DNA of 64,000 nt from an uncultured Acidobacteriota bacterium. Its GTDB lineage: Bacteria; Acidobacteriota; Blastocatellia; RBC074. The stretch lies in contig CAWCKY010000001.1 of assembly GCA_963796275.1 (NCBI GenBank), positions 448,001-512,000 of the forward strand, written 5' to 3'. Of this stretch, positions 24,102-34,562 are shown in pieces. Below the pieces are notes generated by a model. It was not told the origin of the DNA, made no database searches, and saw nothing but the letters and a program-made list of their open reading frames with translations. The translations under genes and the position numbers were made by a program. Position 1 is the stretch's first letter, and each line of letters starts with the position of its first letter.

Positions 24102-26395
24102 TCAATTGCCGATTTTGAGAATAAAAGCATCGAGATGGCGGCCGGAGCTCGAATAGGGCGTAAGATCAGTCTGGAACGCCCCCGGTGTGGAGGGGAAGTT
24201 ATCAGAGATAGTCCATCCAGCCACATAGGCATTGCCAGAACTGTCGATGTCGATGGCAGTGCCGCGATCAATGCAACTCCCGCCGATAAAGGTGGAATAG
24301 ACCAGGCTAGAACCCGACGCGTTGAGCTTGGCGATGATAACGTCTGCGAGGGGATCAGGGGAGATAAAGACTTTGCACGGCCCACCCGGATTCAGTACCG
24401 GCTGTATGGCGTTTACCGTCGGGAAGTCGGCCGATTCTGTACCACCGGTGATGTAGGCATTGCCTTGCGCATCAACCTTTAAATCCCCGGCTAATTCGAA
24501 AGAGCTTCCGCCCAGATAGGTCGAATAGAGGATCGCCGACCCGGTCCGGTTCAGCTTGCCCACAAAGAGATCGGCGGTCCCAGAGAGTGTGGATTTCAGG
24601 GGAGCGACCGTCGGAAAGTTGGGCGAGTGGGTCCGCCCCAGCAGATAGACATTACCTGCCTGATCCCGGCTGATAGCATTGCCAAAATCGTTGCTACTAC
24701 CGCCGAGGTAGGTCGAAAAGACGAGAGCACCGATAGCATTAAACTTCGCCACGAAAGCATCATGAGCGGTGCTGGAGTTGAAGGTCCCAGGGCCGGCGTT
24801 TGCCGCTTGCAGCGGATTGGCCGTCGGAAAATCGTTTGAACCGGTTACGCCGATTACATAGATATCTCCGTTTCCGTCTATCGCCAGGTCTTGAGCGTCG
24901 TCGCCCCGGCTGCCGCCCAGGTAGGTGGAGAAGACGAGCGCCGATCCGTCGCCTTTCAACTTGGTCACGAAGGCATCCTCGTCCCCAACATAGGGGAGTC
25001 GTATACAGGGGAATGGGAACCCTGACACGGAGTAACTATACTGGGGGCATGGGCCGGTTGGAATGCGTTGACTGTCGGGAAGTTGGTCGAGGCAGTGAGG
25101 CCGGTAATCAAGATATCGCCCTCACTATCGAGCTTCAGGCTCACGTTTTTATCGATGCCGCCGCCGCCGAGATAGGTGGAGAAGATGAGGGCCGATCCGT
25201 TGCCATTCAACTTGGCCACAAAGACATCCGCGAGGCCGGCACGGGCCGGCTGGAGCGGATTGACTGTCGGGAAGTTGTCTGACCCAGTCAAACCTGCTAC
25301 ATAAATGTTTCCCGCTTCAGCCAGAGCGATGTCAGTGCCCGATTCAATGCTGTTGCCGCCGAGAAAGGTCGAGAAGACGAGGTCCGAACCATTCGGGTTG
25401 AGTTTGACTACGAAGGCATCCTGCGAACCAGATCTTCCACCCTGCATGGGATTCTTTGTCGGGAAATCCACCGAGTAGGTGTATCCCGAAACATAGGCGT
25501 TTCCGGCTGCATCCACCGCGATGCCCTCAGATTCTTCGTTATCGTTACCGCCGAGAAATGTGGCGTAGCTCAGCACCGGATCGATCACCAGCGGCAGCGA
25601 ACGATCGAACTGCCCAATCGTGAAACTTACCTCTCCGTTCTGGGCCAGCAAGTATTGACTGGCTATCTCCTGTCTGCGGCCATTCACTTCCTGATAGGTT
25701 ACCGGTTTGGTCTGTCGCACCTCGGCGCCGCCGGTCTTCAAAACCAGGTCCCCCCGGTCGTCCACTCGTAACTGCTCGACACCGTCGAAATCGAGCTTGA
25801 TGGTGTTCGGGTCTGCGCCCGGCGCTACCACGAAATCGTATTCGAGCTGCTGCTGATTGCCGTAGTAGACCAGATCGATACCGGGATAGACGCTTCGATA
25901 TCGTACCTTTTCGTAGTTCGCGACGTTCTGCCGCCATTTGGCCGGATCGTTGCCGATCAGATAGTTGCTTTTACCCGGGAGCGCATCCGCTCCTTCAAGC
26001 TGCGGCTCGGGATTGGCGCCGGCGAATTTCATCCGCACTACCGATTGACGCCCGGCATCGGTCTTCGAACTTCTGTAGCTCAAAGCCAGCACGGCTTCGG
26101 CCTGAGTCAAGTAGAGGTTGTATCCGCTGCCGCGCGAGAGAAATTTGACCTGAGCGTCGGTCTGGCCCGCATTAGCCTCGAACCTCAAGGGCAATTTGCC
26201 GTACGCTTCACGGGCGCGGGTTCTGTTACGCTCTTCGACGACCGGCACAGGCCGGGCTTTGAGCAACTCTTCGGATGGTATTCGTGGCGGAAGCGGGCTG
26301 TTGTTTATGTCGATAGACCTATCGATACTGAATATTCCAGTCAGGATCAATGCAACTGAGATAGTGAGTCGAAACGAGTTCCCAGCATTCGTCAT
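24102..26395 (-). CDS. SBBP beta-propeller secreted protein copy B, apparent 1-nt deletion near 25021
   Basis: LPLRFEANAGQ, YSTFLGG/IAVD..GNAYV repeats; two overlapping ORFs join into a paralog of 26679..28970. Confidence 0.85.
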
Positions 26396-26678
26396 GGAGC
26401 CTCCTTGGCGTGAGTGAAATTATGGTGGACAGACAAAATACTGCCGTTCAGAGTTTAGGCTTCAAATATGAGTGCAGATATTTGCAGAATATGTTGTGAT
26501 CCTGGTCGAAGAAATGGGAGAATTCAGGGATCAAATGATGGGGAGAGAGGGACGTACGGGCACAAATGGAGCTCGAAAAAACAAAGAAGCAAAAAGGACA
26601 AAATATCCTGGAATTTGTGTCCTTTTTGCTCCTGTAGCTATCGCCAATAATAAAATTGGTCACTTCATCGGCACTTCG

Positions 26679-28970
26679 TCAATTGCCAATTTTGAGAATA
26701 AAAGCATCGAGCGCGCTTGAAAAGGCCGGGTGCTTATTGTCAGTCTGGAAGGCTCCCGGTGTGACGGGGAAGTTGTCAGAGATAGTCGATCCGGCCACAT
26801 AGGCATTGCCAGAACTGTCGATGTCGATGGCAGTGCCGCGATCAATGCAATTCCCGCCGATAAAGGTGGAATAGACCAGGCTAGAACCCGACGCGTTGAG
26901 CTTGGCGACGATAACGTCTGCGAGGGGACTACTGGAGCTGAAGGTTTTGCACGGCCCCCCCGGATTCAGTACCGACTGTATGGCGTTTACCGTCGGGAAG
27001 TCGGTCGATTCGGTATAACCGATGATATAGGCATTTCCTTGCGCATCAACCTTCAAATCCTCGGCTTCTTCGACAGAGCTTCCACCCAGATAGGTCGAAT
27101 AGAGGATCGCCGACCCGGTCCGGTTCAGCTTGGCCACAAAGAGATCGGAGCTCCCCGAGAGTGTGGATTTCAGAGGGGCGACCGTCGGAAAGTCGGGCGA
27201 GTGAGCCCGCCCCAGCAGATAGACATTACCTGCCTGATCCAGGCTGATAGCATTGCCGAAATCGTTGGAATTACCTCCTAAGTAAGTCGAATAGACGAGA
27301 GCGCCGTTAGCATTAAACTTCGTCACGAAAGCATCATAGGCGGTGTTGTTGGCGAAGGTCTCGGGTCCGGCTTTTGCCGCTTGCAGCGGATTGGCCGTCG
27401 GAAAATCGGTTGAGCCGGTTACGCCAACTACATAGATATCTCCGTTTCCGTCTATCGCCAGGTCATGAGCGTCGTCGCCACGGCTGCCGCCCAGGTAGGT
27501 GGAGAAGACGAGGGCCGATCCGTCGCCATTCAACTTGGCCACGAAGGCATCCTCATCTCCATCATAGGGCAAGCGTACACATCCCGGTATTAACGGTAAA
27601 CATGGGGAAAGGATAGTGGGGGCATGGGCCGGTTGGAATGCGTTGACTACCGGGAAGTTGGTCGAGTCGGTGATGCCGGTAATCAAGATGTCGCCCTCAC
27701 TAGCGAGCTTCAGGCTCGCATTTCTATCGAAGCCGCCGCCGCCGAGATAGGTGGAGAAGATGAGTGCAGACCCGTTGCCATTCAACTTGGCCACAAAGAC
27801 ATCCCCAGTGCCGGCACGGGCCGGCTGGAGCGGATTGACCGTCGGGAAGTTGTCTGAAACAGTCAAACCCGCCACGTAAATGTTTCCTCCTTCATCCAGA
27901 GCGATGTCAGTGTCCGATTCAATGCTGTTGCCGCCGAGATAGGTGGAGAAGACGAGGTCCGAACCGTTCGAGTTGAGTTTGACTACGAAGGCATCCTGCG
28001 AACCAGCTCTTTCAGCCTGCATGGGATTCTTTGTCGGGAAATCCACCGAATAGGTGTATCCCGAGACATAGGCGTTTCCGGCTGCATCCACCGCGATGCC
28101 CTCAGGGTTATCGTCATCGTTACCGCCGAGAAATGTGGAGTATACCAGCACCGGATCGATCACCAGCGGCAGCGAGCGATCGAACTGCCCGATCGTGAAA
28201 CTTACCTCTCCGTTCTGGGCCAGCAAGTATTGACTGGCTATCTCCTGCCTGCGGCCATTCACTTCCTGATAGGTTACCGGTTTGGTCTGTCGCATCTCGG
28301 CGCCGCCGGTATTCAAAACCAGATCTCCCTGGTCGTCCACTCGTATCTGCTCGACACCGTCGAAATCGAGCTTGATGGCATTCGGGTCCGCGCCCGGCGC
28401 TATCACGAAATCGTATTCGAGCTGCCGCTGATTGCCGTAGTAGACCAGATCGATACCGGGATAGACGCTTCGATATCGTACCTTTTCGTAGTTCGACACG
28501 TTCTGCCGCCATTTACTCGGATCGTTGCCGATCAGATAGTTGCTTTTGCCCGGGAGCGCATCCGCTCCTTCAAGCTGCGGCTCGGGATTGGCGCCGGCGA
28601 ATTTCATCCGCACTACCGATTGACGCCCGGCGTCGGCCTTCGAACTTCTGTTGCTCAATGTCAGCACGGCTTCGGCCTGAGTCAAGTAGAGGTTGTATCC
28701 GCTGCCGCGCGAGAGAAATTTGACCTGAGCGTCGGTCTGACCCGCATTTGCCTCGAACCTCAAGGGCAATTTGCCGTACGCTTCACGGACGCGGGTTCTG
28801 TTACGCTCTTCGACGACCGGCACAGGCCGGGCTTTGAGCAACTCTTCGGATGGTATTCGTGGCAGAAGCAGACTGTTGGATGCTTTGATAGACCTATCGA
28901 TACTGAATATCCCAGTCAGGGTCAATGCAATTGAGATAGTGAGTCGAACCGAGTTCCCAGCATTTGTCAT
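26679..28970 (-). CDS. SBBP beta-propeller secreted protein copy A
   Basis: Same architecture and intact; AGGAGG RBS before MTNAGNS. Confidence 0.9.
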   Translation of the reverse strand: MTNAGNSVRLTISIALTLTGIFSIDRSIKASNSLLLPRIPSEELLKARPVPVVEERNRTRVREAYGKLPLRFEANAGQTDAQVKFLSRGSGYNLYLTQAEAVLTLSNRSSKADAGRQSVVRMKFAGANPEPQLEGADALPGKSNYLIGNDPSKWRQNVSNYEKVRYRSVYPGIDLVYYGNQRQLEYDFVIAPGADPNAIKLDFDGVEQIRVDDQGDLVLNTGGAEMRQTKPVTYQEVNGRRQEIASQYLLAQNGEVSFTIGQFDRSLPLVIDPVLVYSTFLGGNDDDNPEGIAVDAAGNAYVSGYTYSVDFPTKNPMQAERAGSQDAFVVKLNSNGSDLVFSTYLGGNSIESDTDIALDEGGNIYVAGLTVSDNFPTVNPLQPARAGTGDVFVAKLNGNGSALIFSTYLGGGGFDRNASLKLASEGDILITGITDSTNFPVVNAFQPAHAPTILSPCLPLIPGCVRLPYDGDEDAFVAKLNGDGSALVFSTYLGGSRGDDAHDLAIDGNGDIYVVGVTGSTDFPTANPLQAAKAGPETFANNTAYDAFVTKFNANGALVYSTYLGGNSNDFGNAISLDQAGNVYLLGRAHSPDFPTVAPLKSTLSGSSDLFVAKLNRTGSAILYSTYLGGSSVEEAEDLKVDAQGNAYIIGYTESTDFPTVNAIQSVLNPGGPCKTFSSSSPLADVIVAKLNASGSSLVYSTFIGGNCIDRGTAIDIDSSGNAYVAGSTISDNFPVTPGAFQTDNKHPAFSSALDAFILKIGN

Positions 28971-29192
28971 GGAGCCTCCTTGGCGGTGAGTGAAATTATG
29001 GTGGACAGACAAAATACTGCCGTTCAGAGTTTAGGCTTCAAAGCTGAGTGCGGGAATTTGCAGAATGTGTCGTGGAAATATTTGGTATTCTTCTTATTAT
29101 TACAGGGGCACGACTGAAATTACCGAGCGGATAGACAGTTACAGCCGTAACCCTACATCAAAAACTCTCTGGCGTGAGACGATTGGCATTCC

Positions 29193-29972
29193 CTATCGAT
29201 CCGGGGGGCCGCCCACAGGATACTGCTCCATATCGACCACAGAGCCGGTGATGCATTCGCTCTCGTCGCTCGCAAAATAGACTGCCGCAAGGGCAATATC
29301 GCGCGGCGACAATAGCCGGCCCCACGGACGGGTCTTGACAGCTTTCTCATGCCAGTCATCACCTTTGAGCTCGACCTCGGTTTTGACGCGATGTTCGTTG
29401 GGAGTAAGAGTCCAACCGACGTTCAGTTGATAAACGCGTATGCGATATCTGTTGAGGTAGCTCGCCAGATTTTTGGTAAGGGTCATAAGCGCGCCCTTTG
29501 ATGCCGAGTAGGCCATCAACTTGGACTCGCCGATATATGAGTTGACTGAGCCGATGTTGATAATCGAGCCGCGTTGTCGGTCTTTCATATAACGCACGGC
29601 CTGCTGAGTGCAGATGAACGCGCTGCGGACGTTGATCGCGAATACACTATCCCACATCTCGACGCTCGTATCCTCGATGTTACCGCGTGCGCTCCAGCCG
29701 ACGTTGTTGACGAGCACATCGATCTGACCAAAATGTTCGATGGTCCTATCGATAAGTGCGCGGCATTCGGCTTCAATCGAGACATCGGCACGCTGGAAAA
29801 TCGCTTCTCCTCCCTGCTCATTTATGCTCGCGGCGACAGATTTGCCGGTCTCTTCGTTGCGATTGGAGATAACCACTCTCGCGCCTTCCTCAGCGAAAAG
29901 CCGCGCTATACCTTCCCCCATCCCCTGGCCGGAGCCGGTGATAACCGCGATTTTGTCTTGCAATCTTTTCAT
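29193..29972 (-). CDS. SDR family oxidoreductase
   Basis: TGSGQGMG, NNVG, YSASK. Confidence 0.92.
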   Translation of the reverse strand: MKRLQDKIAVITGSGQGMGEGIARLFAEEGARVVISNRNEETGKSVAASINEQGGEAIFQRADVSIEAECRALIDRTIEHFGQIDVLVNNVGWSARGNIEDTSVEMWDSVFAINVRSAFICTQQAVRYMKDRQRGSIINIGSVNSYIGESKLMAYSASKGALMTLTKNLASYLNRYRIRVYQLNVGWTLTPNEHRVKTEVELKGDDWHEKAVKTRPWGRLLSPRDIALAAVYFASDESECITGSVVDMEQYPVGGPPDR

Positions 29973-30038
29973 TTTATTTAAACCACAAAGGCACACCCTT
30001 TACATTTGCGCTGACAGACGTGCCTTTTAGCGCTCCTT

Positions 30039-30926
30039 TCAGGCACTGCCAAAATGCTGCGCGATCTTCGCTCGTAAAAATTTCACTGACTCACGCAATT
30101 CATCCATGCCGTTCTCGCCGTCTTCAATAGAAATCCAGCCATCAAAACCTTCCTTACGCAGGGTAGAAAAGATCGCATCGTAATCGTTCAGCCCTTTGCC
30201 GATAACGCCGTGCTTGAGATTCTTCGCATAGCCCAGCTTGCCTTCCTGATTTTTCAGATCCGCTATTGTGCCGCTGATAAGATAACGGTCGGACGCGTGC
30301 ATTGAAACGACCCGATGTTTAACGGCGGACAGTAATTCCAGGGGGTCTTCGCCCGCAATAATCGCATTCGATGGATCGTAGTTTACGCCAAACCACCGAG
30401 AATCGATCTGGTTGATGATTTCGATGAAAACATCCGATTGCTGCGCGAATTCAGGGAAACGCCAGTAGCCATCCTTGTAATGATTTTCCATATTGAGAAT
30501 GACATTACGCTCGGCGGCGAATGGAATCAGGGAATTTATCGATTCGACAGTCCAGCGCACGCCATCTGCCCGCGAAACATCATCGCGACGCTGTCCTGAC
30601 AGCACTCGGCAGAATCCCCCGCCGAGCTGCGCCGTGATATCGATGATATGTTTCTCTTTCTCGATCTCGGTTTGGCGAGCCGCGGGATCAGGTTGAGTGA
30701 AATCGGGTGAAGCACACATCATCGGGGCTTCGAGATTTTTAGATTTCAGATGCCCTCTGATTTTCTCCAGGTAACCAGGCTCGAAGTTCTCAAAAAAGCC
30801 CGGATACATCTCGACGCCATCGACGCCGAGCGTTGAGGCCAGATCGATCCAATCGAAGAGCGTCATCGCCTTCGTGACGCAGAGTTCATCCATGTAACAT
30901 TTCGGAAAAGCGCTAAGTTTGGGCAT
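30039..30926 (-). CDS. Sugar phosphate isomerase/epimerase (xylose isomerase-like TIM barrel)
   Basis: MENHYKD, NYDPSN, MHASD, GWISIED. Confidence 0.88.
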   Translation of the reverse strand: MPKLSAFPKCYMDELCVTKAMTLFDWIDLASTLGVDGVEMYPGFFENFEPGYLEKIRGHLKSKNLEAPMMCASPDFTQPDPAARQTEIEKEKHIIDITAQLGGGFCRVLSGQRRDDVSRADGVRWTVESINSLIPFAAERNVILNMENHYKDGYWRFPEFAQQSDVFIEIINQIDSRWFGVNYDPSNAIIAGEDPLELLSAVKHRVVSMHASDRYLISGTIADLKNQEGKLGYAKNLKHGVIGKGLNDYDAIFSTLRKEGFDGWISIEDGENGMDELRESVKFLRAKIAQHFGSA

Positions 30927-30980
30927 TCTGGATTGAAACAATCTCCTTTCAAGACATTTTGGCAATCTATTCGGTAGCAT

Positions 30981-31571
30981 TCATCTAGTAATTTCTTCCA
31001 GGTGCACATAACATTTGTTTAGACTATTGGAAATCTCGCGAGCGTTTGTGATGCTCCAGTCTTCCTGGATGAATCGAACCATTTCAGAGGTATACAACTT
31101 GCCTACCTGTGCTGTTGATCCAGCATCGGGGACCAGCGCCTCTCGAATGCTTTTGCTGCGGGAGGAGCGAGCTATATTGATTAAGGCAAGTTTTGGATCG
31201 TTGAGTTGTTCTGGGTCTGAAGGAATTTTCGTCGTGCTTATTGCCAGGAAGCTTGCTAGGTTTTCTCTATCAGCGAGTAGCCAGCTTTCCAATTCTCGTA
31301 CGACTACACGAAACAACAGACCTTCGCGGCGATGGGGAATCCATCGAGATACAACCTCGGATGGGCAGGGTAGCCCTGTGTCCATGTGGTCAACCAGGAC
31401 TAGATAGTTCGAATTTACTGAAGCCTTATTGAAACCTCGTACTTTATTCTTAATATAAGGAAATCCTTGTTTACCGTAACAGGTTCCGGGAGTATGACCT
31501 GCTTCTTTAATGAGGCGACTCGCCGCTGCTTCATCCATTAGTCCTTCAACGAGTGTGTGTATGAGTGCCAT
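30981..31571 (-). CDS. DUF4276-like / TOPRIM-like protein partnering the upstream ATPase
   Basis: N-terminal VEGxxD, LVDHMD, VRELESWLLAD, DPK motifs; overlaps the ATPase 3' end. Confidence 0.7.
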   Translation of the reverse strand: MALIHTLVEGLMDEAAASRLIKEAGHTPGTCYGKQGFPYIKNKVRGFNKASVNSNYLVLVDHMDTGLPCPSEVVSRWIPHRREGLLFRVVVRELESWLLADRENLASFLAISTTKIPSDPEQLNDPKLALINIARSSRSKSIREALVPDAGSTAQVGKLYTSEMVRFIQEDWSITNAREISNSLNKCYVHLEEITR

Positions 31572-32724
31572 TCTCAAAACAGAGTTGTAGTTGGTTGGTG
31601 TCGGCGGGTGCAGATTTCGGCAAAATTACATCGGCAACCGTCAGTCCGCTTCTTAGTAGCTCTAATTCTTCATTATCGTCCAGAGGCGATTTAAGCAACG
31701 TTCCATCAGGACTTGGTTCCAGTCTCAGCACTTCTTCTGCCCCGATTCCTTCGTCGGCGAGCATTTCTTCTGAATGTGTACTGATAATCACCTGTCGTCT
31801 GGTTCTACGGTGGCGATTCACTCGTTCAATCAACTGTGGCAGATGGCGTACAACCTCTGAGTGCAAAGATAATTCAGGTTCCTCCATCAGCAATGGACCT
31901 TCTCCCTCGAAGAGCGACCATAGAAGGCCAAAGAGTCGGAGAGTTCCATCCGAGAACTGGGTTTCATTCTGGTTGCCTGCCTTAGGACGCCAGTGCTCGA
32001 ACAACCCGACCAGGTGCGGGATGCCGAATTGGTCCCTTATTACCTTCAATTCCTTGAGTTGTGGAGCGGCGACCTTTAGGGCAGAAAGTATTTTCTTGAG
32101 GCGCGAATCTCTAATCTTTGTAGAAGTGTTCTCTACACGCTGTAAAAAATCGCGACCAAACGGATCGTTCTCTATTTGCGCCGGAGAGAATCCTTGAGGA
32201 TCACGTATAACCTGTGGAAGCAGATGCTGGTAATTGACGCTCTGGAAAAAAAGGACTATGGGTCGAAATTCTTTGTTGGCATTGATCTGTTCAAGCGAAG
32301 TTTGGGTGAGACGAAGGATATCGGCTTTATCCGTTTGGTCCGGACGATGCAGCAATTCTCGACCGTTGTGTTCAACATGCTCTTCTTTAATTTGCGGGAT
32401 TCGCTGCTTATCCTGATTGAATCTTAACCGATAGAGCCACCCATCCTCTCCAGAATCATCTTTCAATACAACCTCAATCAATATATCTGAGTGTTGACGA
32501 GCTGCCAGACAACGGATAGCCGAAACTCCGCCTCGACTTTCGATAGCTTGTCGAAGTCCTCCTCCCTTGGGAAGGCAAAGATCACGCAGAAAACGAAAAA
32601 TGTCGAGGAAATTCGACTTGCCAGAGGCGTTCGGCCCAATGAGAAATACCCGCCGTCTAAGCATTACATCGCCTTTCCGAAAATTCTTCCAATTTTCAAT
32701 CCTCAATCTTTGGACATACAACAT
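31546..32724 (-). CDS. AAA_21/AAA_15-type ABC ATPase
   Basis: GPNASGKSN, FSDGTLR, EEPELSLH, ISTHS. Confidence 0.9.
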   Translation of the reverse strand: MLYVQRLRIENWKNFRKGDVMLRRRVFLIGPNASGKSNFLDIFRFLRDLCLPKGGGLRQAIESRGGVSAIRCLAARQHSDILIEVVLKDDSGEDGWLYRLRFNQDKQRIPQIKEEHVEHNGRELLHRPDQTDKADILRLTQTSLEQINANKEFRPIVLFFQSVNYQHLLPQVIRDPQGFSPAQIENDPFGRDFLQRVENTSTKIRDSRLKKILSALKVAAPQLKELKVIRDQFGIPHLVGLFEHWRPKAGNQNETQFSDGTLRLFGLLWSLFEGEGPLLMEEPELSLHSEVVRHLPQLIERVNRHRRTRRQVIISTHSEEMLADEGIGAEEVLRLEPSPDGTLLKSPLDDNEELELLRSGLTVADVILPKSAPADTNQLQLCFENGTHTHTR

Positions 32725-32818
32725 TCTTAAGTCTACCTCACATCTTCTTTGCCGCTCTCTCCATTCATCAAGCTGTCAAAGCCTATCATTCGAAGTATAG
32801 ATTAGCTCTCTTCTATTA

Positions 32819-33874
32819 CTATTCAGCCTGTGGTTTTAAGACCGTCTTCACATAACTGCCATTGTGCATCCCGTCGAAACATGCCTGCCAGTCTGGCAAA
32901 CCCGCCACGCGACTGATGACCGGCTTCAGATTGATCTGTTCCGAGGTGAGCATCGACACCACCTGCTCCCAGTTCTGAAATGTATGGCTGAAGCTGCCCT
33001 GCAGCGTGACGGCTTTTTGCACCAGCGGATCGAGCGAAAAATTGAACGGTTGTGGCCCCCAACCCACTTTTGTGATCTGCCCTCCGGGTCTCACTATATC
33101 GAGCGCGGTCTTCAAGGCCACGGAAGCGCCCGCAGCATCGATCACAAGATGCGCGCCTGCTCCATCGCCGATACCCTGCACGAAATCAACCGGATCGGTC
33201 TCATTCAGGTTCAGCGCATGCGTAACACCCAGGTTCCGGGCGGCCGCCAGACGCGAGGCGTCTTGGTCGATTCCTGCGATGATCACAGACCCCGCGCCAT
33301 TTATCCTCGCCATCTCCGCACAGAGCATCCCGATCGGCCCCGGACCGAGCACTACAACGATATCCCCCGGCCTGATTTTGCTTTTGACGGCCACACAGTT
33401 ATAAGCGACACAACATGGTTCTGTCAGGGCCGCGCGCTCGAACGGCAAAGAGTCGGGAATATGGTGCAGGCAGCGTTCCGGCACGCGCACGAAATTGGCC
33501 ATCGCTCCGTTGATTCCGTAGCCGAATCCTTTTCGTTGCGGGCAGATATTGTATTCGCCCGCGCGACAATAGAGGCATTGGCCGCAGATCGATGCGGCGG
33601 TTTCTGAAACCACACGGTCGCCTTCTTTGAACCCGCGAACTCGGCTGCCGGTTCTCGCCACGACGCCGCCGAATTCATGTCCGAGGACGACGGGAGTGCG
33701 AACTGCCCAGCTCTGTGTGCCGTGGTACTGATGAACGTCGCTGCCGCATACGCTGACTGCCCCTACCTGCAATAAGATTTCCTCTTCGCCGATCTCGGGA
33801 ACAGGCAACTCGCGCAATTCGACAGAATGAGGTTTCAGGTCAAATTGAACTATTCCATTCATTATTTCGCTCAT
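32819..33874 (-). CDS. Zinc-binding alcohol/sugar dehydrogenase
   Basis: CGSDVH, GHE, CGQCLYC..C, GPGPIG. Confidence 0.92.
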   Translation of the reverse strand: MSEIMNGIVQFDLKPHSVELRELPVPEIGEEEILLQVGAVSVCGSDVHQYHGTQSWAVRTPVVLGHEFGGVVARTGSRVRGFKEGDRVVSETAASICGQCLYCRAGEYNICPQRKGFGYGINGAMANFVRVPERCLHHIPDSLPFERAALTEPCCVAYNCVAVKSKIRPGDIVVVLGPGPIGMLCAEMARINGAGSVIIAGIDQDASRLAAARNLGVTHALNLNETDPVDFVQGIGDGAGAHLVIDAAGASVALKTALDIVRPGGQITKVGWGPQPFNFSLDPLVQKAVTLQGSFSHTFQNWEQVVSMLTSEQINLKPVISRVAGLPDWQACFDGMHNGSYVKTVLKPQAE

Positions 33875-33878
33875 AGCT

Positions 33879-34562
33879 TCAGCTTTCTCTGATCCTCCTG
33901 GTAATTTCTATCAATAAGGCTTTCAAATCGCCTTTCGCCACGTTAAATGAATAAGCGTCGATCGCCAGCGGCGCCCCGATTACCACCAGCGGCGCACCTC
34001 GTTTCGGCATGCCGATGGCTTCTTCGATGGTGAGACCGCCGACCGCCTGTACGGGGATTCTCACGGCTTTGACTACCGCATCGAGATCATCGATCGGGGA
34101 GAGACGATTTCCGGTTCGGGCCATTATCCCGTTGCGCTCGTCAAAGCCGGTATGATGGACGATGTAATCAACCCCGAGGCCCTCCATCCACCTGCTTGCT
34201 TCGGCTTTGTCGTCGCATGCCATATTATCGCCCATCACTTTGATACCGTAATCGCGGCCGGCTTTGACCACGGCTTTGATGGTCTCTTCGTGGGCGCGCG
34301 CCATGACCACTACGTGCGTCGCTCCTGCCTTCGCCATCATCTCCGCCTCGAGGTAACCCCCGTCCATTGTTTTCAGATCGGCGACGATGGGATGATGCGG
34401 GAACTCGGCGCGCAGTGCGCGGACGCCGTTTAGTCCCTCGGCGAGGATCAACGGCGTGCCCGCTTCAAGCCAATCGACGCCGGCCTCGACCGCGATGCGC
34501 GCGGTCTCTATGGCTTCTTTCAGCTCCGTGAGATCGAGTGAGATTTGAACGATTGGGTTCAT
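33879..34562 (-). CDS. 3-hexulose-6-phosphate synthase / OMP-decarboxylase (HUMPS) family protein
   Basis: VQISLD, EAGTPLI, DLKTMDGG, HTGFDE, VGG. Confidence 0.88.
   Translation of the reverse strand: MNPIVQISLDLTELKEAIETARIAVEAGVDWLEAGTPLILAEGLNGVRALRAEFPHHPIVADLKTMDGGYLEAEMMAKAGATHVVVMARAHEETIKAVVKAGRDYGIKVMGDNMACDDKAEASRWMEGLGVDYIVHHTGFDERNGIMARTGNRLSPIDDLDAVVKAVRIPVQAVGGLTIEEAIGMPKRGAPLVVIGAPLAIDAYSFNVAKGDLKALLIEITRRIRES

Noticed and set aside
24102-29012. Diversity-generating retroelement behind the SBBP variation
   Set aside because: No reverse transcriptase in the window; the duplication spans whole genes, and differences include indels and are not adenine-specific
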